Positions 13,001-25,000 of a stretch of DNA of 64,000 nucleotides are shown piece by piece; position 1 is the stretch's first letter; each line of letters starts with the position of its first letter. The position numbers were made by a program, and so were the translations under genes. This DNA comes from Antedon mediterranea (taxonomy: Eukaryota > Animalia > Echinodermata), in assembly GCF_964355755.1 (NCBI RefSeq), contig NC_092670.1, positions 27,950,388 through 28,014,387 on the forward strand, read 5' to 3'. Below the pieces are notes generated by a model. The model saw only the letters and a list, made by a program, of their open reading frames with translations. It was not told where the DNA came from and did no database searches.

Positions 13001-16000
13001 CACTTTGGTGTTTTTATGTTAACAAGTTTTTTCGAAAATCACAAAATGGTGTAAAACGTCTCCAAATGCGATTTGAAGCTATTCTAAGCACTTTGGTGTT
13101 TTTATGTTAACAAGTTTTTTCGAAAATCACAAAATGGTGTAAAACTTCTCCAAATACGATTTTAAGCTATTCTAAGCAATTTGGTGTTTTTATGTTAACA
13201 AGTTTTTTCGAAAATCACAAAATGGTCTAAAACGTCTCCAAATGCGATTTGAAGTTATTCTGTACACTTTGCTGTTTTGTGAGAATAATTTTTGTCGAAA
13301 TGCTCAAAATGGTCAAAAACGTTTTTAAATACGATATTAAGCTATTTTGTGCTCTTTGATGTTTTTGTGTGAAAAGTTTTATCGAAATGCTCAAAATGGT
13401 CTAAAACGGTTTCTAATGTGATTTTAAGCACTTTGGTGTTTTTATGTTAACAAGTTTTTTCGAAAATCACAAAATGGTCTAAAACGTCTCCAAATGTGAT
13501 TTGAAGCTATTCTAAACACTTTGGTGTTTTTATGTTAACAAGTTTTTTCGAAAATCACAAATTGGTCTAAAACGTATCCAAATGCGATTTGAAGCTATTT
13601 TAAGCACTTTGGTGTTTTTGTGTAACCAAGTTTTTTCGAAAATCACAAAAGGGTCTAAAATGTCTCAAAATGCGATTTGAAGCTATTCTGTACACTTTGA
13701 TGTTTTTTTGTTAACAAGTTTTTTCGAAAGTCACAAAATGGTCTAAAACGTCTCCAAATGCGATTTGAAGCTATTCTAAGCACTTTGGTGTTTTTATGTT
13801 AACAAGTTTTTTCGAAAATCACAAAATGGTGTAAAACGTCTCCAAATGCGATTTGAAGCTATTCTAAGCACTTTGGTGTTTTTATGTTAACAAGTTTTTT
13901 CGAAAATCACAAAATGGTGTAAAACTTCTCCAAATACGATTTTAAGCTATTCTAAGCAATTTGGTGTTTTTATGTTAACAAGTTTTTTCGAAAATCACAA
14001 AATGGTCTAAAACGTCTCCAAATGCGATTTGAAGCTATTCTGTACACTTTGCTGTTTTGTGTGAATAATTTTTGTTGAAATGCTCAAAATGGTCAAAAAC
14101 GTTTTTAAATACTATATTAAGCTATTTTGTGTTCTTTGATGTTTTTGTGTGAAAAGTTTTATCGAAATGCTCAAAATGGTCTAAAACGGTTTCTAATGTG
14201 ATTTTAAGCACTTTGATGTTTTTATGTTAACAAGTTTTTTCGAAAATCACAAAATGGTGTAAAACGTCTCCAAATGCGATTTGAAGCTATTCTAAGCACG
14301 TTGGTGTTTTTATGTTAACAAGTTTTTTCGAAAATCACAAAATGGTCTAAAACGTCTCCAAATGCGATTTGAAGCAATTCTAAGCACTTTGGTGTTTTTA
14401 TGGTAACGAGTTATTTCGAAAATCACAAAATGGTCTAAAACGTCTCCAAATGCGATTTGAAGCTATTCTGTACACTTTGCTGTTTTGTGTGAATAATTTT
14501 TGTCAAAATGCTCAAAATGGTCAAAAACGTTTTTTAATACTATATTAAGCTATTTTGTGCTCTTTGATGTTTTTGTGTGAAAAGTTTTATCGAAATGCTC
14601 AAAATGGTCTAAAACGGTTTCTAATGTGATTTTAAGCACTTTGATGTTTTTATGTTAACAACTTTTTTAGAAAATTACAAAATGGTGTAAAACGTCTCCA
14701 AATGCGATTTGAAGCTATTCTAAGCACTTTGGTGTTTTTATGGTAACGAGTTTTTTTGAATATCACAAAATGGTCTAAAATGTCTCCAAATGCGATTTGA
14801 AGCTTTTCTAAGCACTTTGGTGTTTTTATGTTAACAAGTTTTTTCGAAAATCACAAAATGGTCTAAAACGTCTCCAAATGTGATTTGAAGCTATTCTAAA
14901 CACTTTGGTGTTTTTATGTTAACAAGTTTTTTCGAAAATCACAAATTGGTCTAAAACGTCTCCAAATGCGATTTGAAGCTAGTTTAAGCACTTTGGTGTT
15001 TTTGTGTAACCAAGTTTTTTCGAAAATCACAAAAGGGTCTAAAATGTCTCAAAATGCGATTTGAAGCTATTCTGTACACTTTGATGTTTTTTTTGTTAAC
15101 AAGTTTTTTCGAAAGTCACAAAATGGTCTAAAACGTCTCCAAATGCGATTTGAAGCTATTCTAAGCACTTTGGTGTTTTTATGTTAACAAGTTTTTTCGA
15201 AAATCACAAAATGGTGTAAAACGTCTCCAAATGCGATTTGAAGCTATTCTAAGCAATTTGGTGTTTTTATGTTAACAAGTTTTTTCGAAAATCACAAAAT
15301 GGTGTAAAACGTCTCCAAATGCGATTTTAAGCTATTCTAAGCAATTTGGTGTTCTTTTATGTTAACAAGTTTTTTCGAAAATCACAAAATGGTCTAAAAC
15401 GTCTCCAAATGCGATTTGAAGCTATTCTAAGCACTTTTGTGTTTTTATGTTAACAAGTTTTTTCGAAAATCACAAAATGGTCTAAAATGTCTCAAAATGC
15501 GATTTGAAGCTATTCTGTACACTTTGCTGTTTTGTGTGAATAATTTTTGTCAAAATGCTCAAAATGGTCAAAAACGTTTTTAAATACTATATTAAGCTAT
15601 TTTGTGTTCTTTGATGTTTTTGTGTGAAAAGTTTTTTCGAAATGCTCAAAATGGTCTAAAACGGTTTCTAATGTGATTTTAAGCACTTTGATGTTTTTAT
15701 GTTAACAACTTTTTTAGAAAATTACAAAATGGTCTAAAACGTCTCCAAATGCAATTTGAAGCAATTCTAAGCACTTTGGTGTTTTTATGTTAACAAGTTT
15801 TTTCGAAAATCACAAAATGGTCTAAAACGTCTCCAAATGCTATTTGAAGCTATTCTGTACACTTTGCTGTTTTGTGTGAATAATTTTTGTTGAAATGCTC
15901 AAAATGGTCAAAAACGTTTTTAAATACGATATTAAGCTATTTTGTGCTCTTTGATGTTTTTGTGTGAAAAGTTTTATCGAAATGCTCAAAATGGTCTAAA

Positions 16001-16027
16001 ACGGTTTCTAATGTGATTTTAAGCACT
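10050..16027 (+). repeat. Partial, shortened copy of the Y-type large unit
   Basis: It shares Y-specific markers with 30.5-35.8 kb: TTCCGTACAC (11951/32329), AAAACCACAA, CGTATCCA and the 1-bp deletion TTTGGTTTTTT. The left boundary is approximate. Confidence 0.8.
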
Positions 16028-19000
16028 TTGGTGTTTTTATGTTAACAAGTTTTTTCGAAAATCACAAAATGGTCTAAAATATCTCCAAATGCGATTTGAA
16101 GCTTTTCTAAGCACTTTGGTGTTTTTATGTTAACAAGTTTTTTCGAAAATCACAAAATGGTCTAAAACGTCTCCAAATGTGATTTGAAGCTATTCTAAAC
16201 ACTTTGGTGTTTTTATGTTAACAAGTTTTTTCGAAAATCACAAATTGGTCTAAAACGTCTCCAAATGCGATTTTAAGCAATTCTAAGCACTTTGGTGTTT
16301 TTATGTTAAAAAGTTTTTTTCGAAAATCACAAAATGGTCTAAAACCTCTCCAAATGCGATTTGAAGCTATTCTGTACACTTTGCTGTTTTGTGTGAATAA
16401 TTTTTGTCGAAATGCTCAAAATGGTCAAAAACGTTTTTAAATACGATATTAAGCTATTTTGTGCTCTTTGATGTTTTTGTGTGAAAAGTTTTATCGAAAT
16501 GCTCAAAATGGTCTAAAACGGTTTCTAATGTGATTTTAAGCACTTTGGTGTTTTTATGTTAACAAGTTTTTTCGAAAATCACAAAATGGTCTAAAACGTC
16601 TCCAAATGTGATTTGAAGCTATTTTAAACACTTTGGTGTTTTTATGTTAATAAGTTTTTTCGAAAATCACAAATTGGTCTAAAACGTCTCCAAATGCGAT
16701 TTGAAGCTTTTCTAAGCACTTTGGTGTTTTTATGGTAACGAGTTATTTCGAAAATCACAAAATGGTCTAAAACGTCTCCAAATGCGATTTGAAGCTATTC
16801 TGTACACTTTGCTGTTTTGTGTGAATAATTTTTGTCAAAATGCTCAAAATGGTCAAAAACGTTTTTAAATACTATATTAAGCTATTTTGTGTTCTTTGAT
16901 GTTTTTATGTGAAAAGTTTTATCGAAATGCTCAAAATGGTCTAAAACGGTTTCTAATGTGATTTTAAGAACTTTGATGTTTTTATGTTAAAAACTTTTTT
17001 AGAAAATCACAAAATGGTCTAAAACGTCTCCAAATGCGATTTGAAGCAATTCTAAGCACTTTGGTGTTTTTATGTTAACACGTTTTTTCGAAAATCACAA
17101 AATGGTCTACAACGTCTCCAAATGCGATTTGAAGATATTCTAAGCACTTTGGTGTTTTTATGTTAACAAGTTTTTTCGAAAATCACAAAGTGGTATAAAA
17201 CGTCTCCAAATGCGATTTTAAGGTATTCTAAGCACTTTGGTGTTTTTATGTTAACAAGTTTTTTAGAAAATCACAAAATGGTCTAAAACGTCTCCAAATG
17301 CGATTTGAAGCAATTCTAAGCACTTTGGTGTTTTTATGGTAACGAGTTTTTTTGAATATCACAAAATGGTCTAAAATGTCTCCAAATGCGATTTGAAGCT
17401 TTTCTAAGCACTTTGGTGTTTTTATGTTAACAAGTTTTTTCGAAAATCACAAAATGGTCTAAAACGTCTCCAAATGCGATTTGAAGCTATTCTGTACACT
17501 TTGCTGTTTTGTGTGAATAATTTTTGTCGAAATGCTCAAAATGGTCAAAAACGTTTTTAAATACGATATTAAGCTATTTTGTGCTCTTTGATGTTTTTGT
17601 GTGAAAAGTTTTATCGAAATGCTCAAAATGGTCTAAAACGGTTTCTAATGTGATTTTAAGCACTTTGATGTTTTTATGTTAACAACTTTTTTAGAAAATC
17701 ACAAAATGGTCTAAAACGTCTCCAAATGCGATTTGAAGCTTTTCTAAGCACTTTTGTGTTTTTATGTTTACAAGTTTTTTCGAAAATCACAAAATGGTCT
17801 AAAACGGCTCCAAATACGATTTGAAGCTATTCTAAGCACTTTGGTGTTTTTATGTTAACAAGTTTTTTCGAAAATCACAAAATGGTCTAAAACGTCTCCA
17901 AATGCGATTTGAAGCTATTCTAAGCACTTTGGTGTTTTTATGTTAACAAGTTTTTTCGAAAATCACAAAATGGTGTAAAACGTCTCCAAATGCGATTTGA
18001 AGCTATTCTAAGCAATTTTGTGTTTTTATGTTAACAAGTTTTTTCGAAAATCACAAAATGGTCTAAAACGTCTCCAAATGCGATTTGAAGCTATTCTAAG
18101 CACTTTTGTGTTTTTATGTTAACAAGTTTTTTCGAAAATCACAAAATTGTCTAAAATGTCTCAAAATGCGATTTGAAGCTATTCTTTACACTTTGCTGTT
18201 TTGTGTGAATAATTTTTGTCAAAATGCTCAAAATGGTCAAAAACGTTTTTAAATACTATATTAAGCTATTTTGTGTTCTTTGATGTTTTTGTGTGAAAAG
18301 TTTTTTCGAAATGCTCAAAATGGTCTAAAACGGTTTCTAATGTGATTTTAAGCACTTTGATGTTTTTATGTTAACAACTTTTTTAGAAAATTACAAAATG
18401 GTCTAAAACGTCTCCAAATGCGATTTGAAGCAATTCTAAGCACTTTGGTGTTTTTATGTTAACAAGTTTTTTCGAAAATCACAAAATGGTCTAAAACGTC
18501 TCCAAATGCGATTTGAAGCTATTCTGTACACTTTGCTGTTTTGTGTGAATAATTTTTGTTGAAATGCTCAAAATGGTCAAAAACGTTTTTAAATACGATA
18601 TTAAGCTATTTTGTGCTCTTTGATGTTTTTGTGTGAAAAGTTTTATCGAAATGCTCAAAATGGTCTAAAACGGTTTCTAATGTGATTTTAAGCACTTTGG
18701 TGTTTTTATGTTAACAAGTTTTTTCGAAATTCACAAAATGGTCTAAAATGTCTCCAAATGCGATTTGAAGCTTTTCTAAGCACTTTGGTGTTTTTATGTT
18801 AACAAGTTTTTTCGAAAATCACAAAATGGTCTAAAACGTCTCCAAATGTGATTTGAAGCTATTCTAAACACTTTGGTGTTTTTATGTTAACAAGTTTTTT
18901 CGAAAATCACAAATTGGTCTAAAACGTCTCCAAATGCGATTTGAAGCTATTTTAAGCACTTTGGTGTTTTTGTGTAACCAAGTTTTTTCGAAAATCACAA

Positions 19001-22000
19001 AAGGGTCTAAAATGTCTCAAAATGCGATTTGAAGCTATTCTGTACACTTTGATGTTTTTTTGTTAACAAGTTTTTTCGAAAGTCACAAAATGGTCTAAAA
19101 AGTCTCCAAATGCGATTTGAAGCTATTCTAAGCACTTTGGTGTTTTTATGTTAACAAGTTTTATCGAAAATCACAAAATGGTGTAAAACGTCTCCAAATG
19201 CGATTTGAAGCTATTCTAAGCACTTTGGTGTTTTTATGTTAACAAGTTTTTTCGAAAATCACAAAATGGTGTAAAACGTCTCCAAATGCGATTTTAAGCT
19301 ATTCTAAGCAATTTGGTGTTTTTATGTTAACAAGTTTTTTCGAAAATCACAAAATGGTCTAAAACGTCTCCAAATGCGATTTGAAGCTATTCTGTACACT
19401 TTGCTGTTTTGTGAGAATAATTTTTGTCGAAATGCTCAAAATGGTCAAAAACGTTTTTAAATACGATATTAAGCTATTTTGTGCTCTTTGATGTTTTTGT
19501 GTGAAAAGTTTTATCGAAATGCTCAAAATGGTCTAAAACGGTTTCTAATGTGATTTTAAGCACTTTGATGTTTTTATGTTAACAACTTTTTTAGAAAATT
19601 ACAAAATGGTGTAAAACGTCTCCAAATGCGATTTGAAGCTATTCTAAGCAATTTCGTGTTTTTATGTTAACAAGTTTTTTCGAAAATCACAAAATGGTCT
19701 AAAACGTCTCCAAATGCGATTTGAAGCTATTCTAAGCACTTTTGTGTTTTTATGTTAACAAGTTTTTTCGAAAATCACAAAATGGTCTAAAATGTCTCCA
19801 AATGCGATTTTAAGGTATTCTAAGCACTTTGGTGTTTTTATGTTAACAAGTTTTTTCGAAAATCACAAAATGGTCTAAAACGTCTACAAATGCGATTTGA
19901 AGCTCTTCTAAGCACTTTGGTGTTTTTATGTTAACAAGTTTTTTCGAAAATCACAAAATGGTATAAAACGTCTCCAAATGCGATTTGAAGATTTTCTAAG
20001 CACTTTGGTGTTTTTATGTTTACAAGTTTTTTCGAAAATCACAAAATGGTCTAAAACGTCTCCAAATGCGATTTGAAGCTATTCTGTACACTTTGCTGTT
20101 TTGTGTGAATAATTTTGTCAAAATGCTCAAAATGGTCAAAAACGTTTTTAAATACTATATTAAGCTATTTTGTGTTCTTTGATGTTTTTGTGTGAAAAGT
20201 TTTATCGAAATGCTCAAAATGGTCTAAAACGGTTTCTAATGAAATGATTTTAAGAACTTTGATGTTTTTATGTTAACAACTTTTTTAGAAAATCACAAAA
20301 TGGTCTAAAACGTCTCCAAATGCGATTTGAAGCAATTCTAAGCACTTTGGTGTTTTTATGTTAACAAGTTTTTTCGAAAATCACAAAATGGTATAAAACG
20401 TCTCCAAATGCGATTTTAAGGTATTCTAAGCACTTTGGTGATTTTATGTTAACAAGTTTTTTCGAAAATCACAAAATGGTCTAAAACGTCTACAAATGCG
20501 ATTTGAAGCTATTCTAAGCACTTTGGTGTTTTTATGTTAACAAGTTTTTTCGAAAATCACAAAATGGTATAAAACGTCTCCAAATGCGATTTTAAGCTAT
20601 TCTAAGCAATTTGGTGTTTTTATGTTAACAAGTTTTTTCGAAAATCACAAAATGGTCGAAAATGTCACAAAATGCGATTTGAAGCTATTCTAAGCACTTT
20701 GGTGTTATTATGTTAACAAGTTTTTTCGAAAATCACAAATTGGTCTAAAACGTCTCCAAATGCGATTTGAAGCTATTTTAAGCACTTTGGTGTTTTTGTG
20801 TAACCAAGTTTTTTCGAAAATCACAAAAGGGTCTAAAATGTCTCAAAATGCGATTTGAAGCTATTCTGTACACTTTGATGTTTTTTTGTTAACAAGTTTT
20901 TTCGAAAGTCACAAAATGGTCTAAAACGTCTCCAAATGCGATTTGAAGCTATTCTAAGCACTTTGGTGTTTTTATGTTAACAAGTTTTTTCGAAAATCAC
21001 AAAATGGTGTAAAACGTCTCCAAATGCGATTTGAAGCTATTCTAAGCACTTTGGTGTTTTTATGTTAACAAGTTTTTTCGAAAATCACAAAATGGTGTAA
21101 AACTTCTCCAAATACGATTTTAAGCTATTCTAAGCAATTTGGTGTTTTTATGTTAACAAGTTTTTTCGAAAATCACAAAATGGTCTAAAACGTCTCCAAA
21201 TGCGATTTGAAGCTATTCTGTACACTTTGCTGTTTTGTGTGAATAATTTTTGTTGAAATGCTCAAAATGGTCAAAAACGTTTTTAAATACTATATTAAGC
21301 TATTTTGTGTTCTTTGATGTTTTTGTGTGAAAAGTTTTATCGAAATGCTCAAAATGGTCTAAAACAGTTTCTAATGTGATTTTAAGCACTTTGATGTTTT
21401 TATGTTAACAACTTTTTTAGAAAATCACAAAATGGTCTAAAACGTCTCCAAATGCGATTTGAAGCAATTCTAAGCACTTTGGTGCTTTTATGTTAACAAG
21501 TTTTTTCGAAAATCACAAAATGGTATAAAACGTCTCCAAATGCGATTTGAAGCAATTCTAAGCACTTTGGTGTTTTTATGTTAACAAGTTTTTTCGAAAA
21601 TCACAAAATGGTATAAAACGTCTCCAAATGCGATTTTAAGGTATTCTAAGCACTTTGGTGTTTTTATGTTAACAAGTTTTTTCGAAAATCACAAAATGGT
21701 CTAAAACGTCTCCAAATGCGATTTGAAGCTATTCTGTACACTTTGCTGTTTTGTGTGAATAATTTTTGTCGAAATGCTCAAAATGGTCAAAAACGTTTTT
21801 AAATACGATATTAAGCTATTTTGTGCTCTTTGATGTTTTTGTGTGAAAAGTTTTATCGAAATGCTCAAAATGGTCTAAAACGGTTTCTAATGTGATTTTA
21901 AGCACTTTGATGTTTTTATGTTAACAACTTTTTTAGAAAATCACAAAATGGTCTAAAACGTCTCCAAATGCGATTTGAAGCAATTCTAAGCACTTTGGTG

Positions 22001-25000
22001 TTTTTATGGTAACGAGTTTTTTTGAATATCACAAAATGGTCTAAAACGTCTCCAAATGCGATTTGAAGCTATTCTAAGCACTTTGGTGTTTTTATGTTAA
22101 CAAGTTTTTTCGAAAATCACAAAATGGTGTAAAACGTCTCCAAATGCGATTTGAAGCTATTCTAAGCACTTTGGTGTTATTATGTTAACAAGTTTTTTCG
22201 AAAATCACAAATTGGTCTAAAACGTCTCCAAATGCGATTTGAAGCTATTTTAAGCACTTTGGTGTTTTTGTGTAACCAAGTTTTTTCGAAAATCACAAAA
22301 GGGTCTAAAATGTCTCAAAATGCGATTTGAAGCTATTCTGTACACTTTGATGTTTTTTTGTTAACATGTCTCAAAATGCGATTTGAAGCTATTCTGTACA
22401 CTTTGATGTTTTTTTGTTAACAAGTTTTTTCGAAAGTCACAAAATGGTCTAAAACGTCTCCAAATGCGATTTGAAGCTATTCTAAGCACTTTGGTGTTTT
22501 TATGTTAACAAGTTTTTTCGAAAATCACAAAATGGTGTAAAACGTCTCCAAATGCGATTTGAAGCTATTCTAAGCACTTTGGTGTTTTTATGTTAACAAG
22601 TTTTTTCGAAAATCACAAAATGGTGTAAAACTTCTCCAAATACGATTTTAAGCTATTCTAAGCAATTTGGTGTTTTTATGTTAACAAGTTTTTTCGAAAA
22701 TCACAAAATGGTCTAAAACGTCTCCAAATGCGATTTGAAGCTATTCTGTACACTTTGCTGTTTTGTGTGAATAATTTTTGTCAAAATGCTCAAAATGGTC
22801 AAAAACGTTTTTAAATACTATATTAAGCTATTTTGTGTTCTTTGATGTTTTTGTGTGAAAAGTTTTATCGAAATGCTCAAAATGGTCTAAAACGGTTTCT
22901 AATGAAATGATTTTAAGAACTTTGATGTTTTTATGTTAACAACTTTTTTAGAAAATCACAAAATGGTCTAAAACGTCTCCAAATGCGATTTGAAGCAATT
23001 CTAAGCACTTTGGTGTTTTTATGTTAACAAGTTTTTTCGAAAATCACAAAATGGTATAAAACGTCTCCAAATGCGATTTTAAGGTATTCTAAGCACTTTG
23101 GTGTTTTTATGTTAACAAGTTTTTTCGAAAATCACAAAATGGTCTAAAACGTCTACAAATGCGATTTGAAGCTATTGTAAGCACTTTGGTGTTTTTATGT
23201 TAACAAGTTTTTTCGAAAATCACAAAATGGTCTAAAACGTCTCCAAATGCGATTTGAAGCTATTCTGTACACTTTGCTGTTTTGTGTGAATAATTTTTGT
23301 CGAAATGCTCAAAGTGGTCAAAAACGTTTTTAAATACGATATTAAGCTATTTTGTGCTCTTTGATGTTTTTGTGTGAAAAGTTTTATCGAAATGCTCAAA
23401 ATGGTCTAAAACGGTTTCTAATGTGATTTTAAGCACTTTGATGTTTTTATGTTAACAACTTTTTTAGAAAATCACAAAATGGTCTAAAACGTCTCCAAAT
23501 GCGATTTGAAGTAATTCTAAGCACTTTGGTGTTTTTATGGTAACGAGTTTTTTTGAATATCACAAAATGGTCTAAAATTTCTCCAAATGCGATTTGAAGC
23601 TTTTCTAAGCACTTTAGTGTTTTTATGGTAACGAGTTATTTCGAAAATCACAAAATGGTCTAAAACGTCTCCAAATGCGATTTGAAGCTATTCTGTACAC
23701 TTTGCTGTTTTGTGTGAATATTTTTTGTCAAAATGCTCAAAATGGTCAAAAACGTTTTTTAATACTATATTAAGCTATTTTGTGCTCTTTGATGTTTTTG
23801 TGTGAAAAGTTTTATCGAAATGCTCAAAATGGTCTAAAACGGTTTCTAATGTGATTTTAAGCACTTTGATGTTTTTATGTTAACAACTTTTTTAGAAAAT
23901 TACAAAATGGTGTAAAACGTCTCCAAATGCGATTTGAAGCTATTCTAAGCACTTTGGTGTTTTTATGGTAACGAGTTTTTTTGAATATCACAAAATGGTC
24001 TAAAATGTCTCCAAATGCGATTTGAAGCTTTTCTAAGCACTTTGGTGTTTTTATGTTAACAAGTTTTTTCGAAAATCACAAAATGGTCTAAAACGTCTCC
24101 AAATGTGATTTGAAGCTATTCTAAACACTTTGGTGTTTTTATGTTAACAAGTTTTTTCGAAAATCACAAATTGGTCTAAAACGTCTCCAAATGCGATTTG
24201 AAGCTAGTTTAAGCACTTTGGTGTTTTTGTGTAACCAAGTTTTTTCGAAAATCACAAAAGGGTCTAAAATGTCTCAAAATGCGATTTGAAGCTATTCTGT
24301 ACACTTTGATGTTTTTTTTGTTAACAAGTTTTTTCGAAAGTCACAAAATGGTCTAAAACGTCTCCAAATGCGATTTGAAGCTATTCTAAGCACTTTGGTG
24401 TTTTTATGTTAACAAGTTTTTTCGAAAATCACAAAATGGTGTAAAACGTCTCCAAATGCGATTTGAAGCTATTCTAAGCAATTTGGTGTTTTTATGTTAA
24501 CAAGTTTTTTCGAAAATCACAAAATGGTGTAAAACGTCTCCAAATGCGATTTTAAGCTATTCTAAGCAATTTGGTGTTCTTTTATGTTAACAAGTTTTTT
24601 CGAAAATCACAAAATGGTCTAAAACGTCTCCAAATGCGATTTGAAGCTATTCTGTACACTTTGCTGTTTTGTGAGAATAATTTTTGTCGAAATGCTCAAA
24701 ATGGTCAAAAACGTTTTTAAATACGATATTAAGCTATTTTGTGCTCTTTGATGTTTTTGTGTGAAAAGTTTTATCGAAATGCTCAAAATGGTCTAAAACG
24801 GTTTCTAATGTGATTTTAAGCACTTTGGTGTTTTTATGTTAACAAGTTTTTTCGAAAATCACAAAATGGTCTAAAACGTCTCCAAATGTGATTTGAAGCT
24901 ATTCTAAACACTTTGGTGTTTTTATGTTAACAAGTTTTTTCGAAAATCACAAATTGGTCTAAAACGTCTCCAAATGCGATTTGAAGCTATTTTAAGCACT

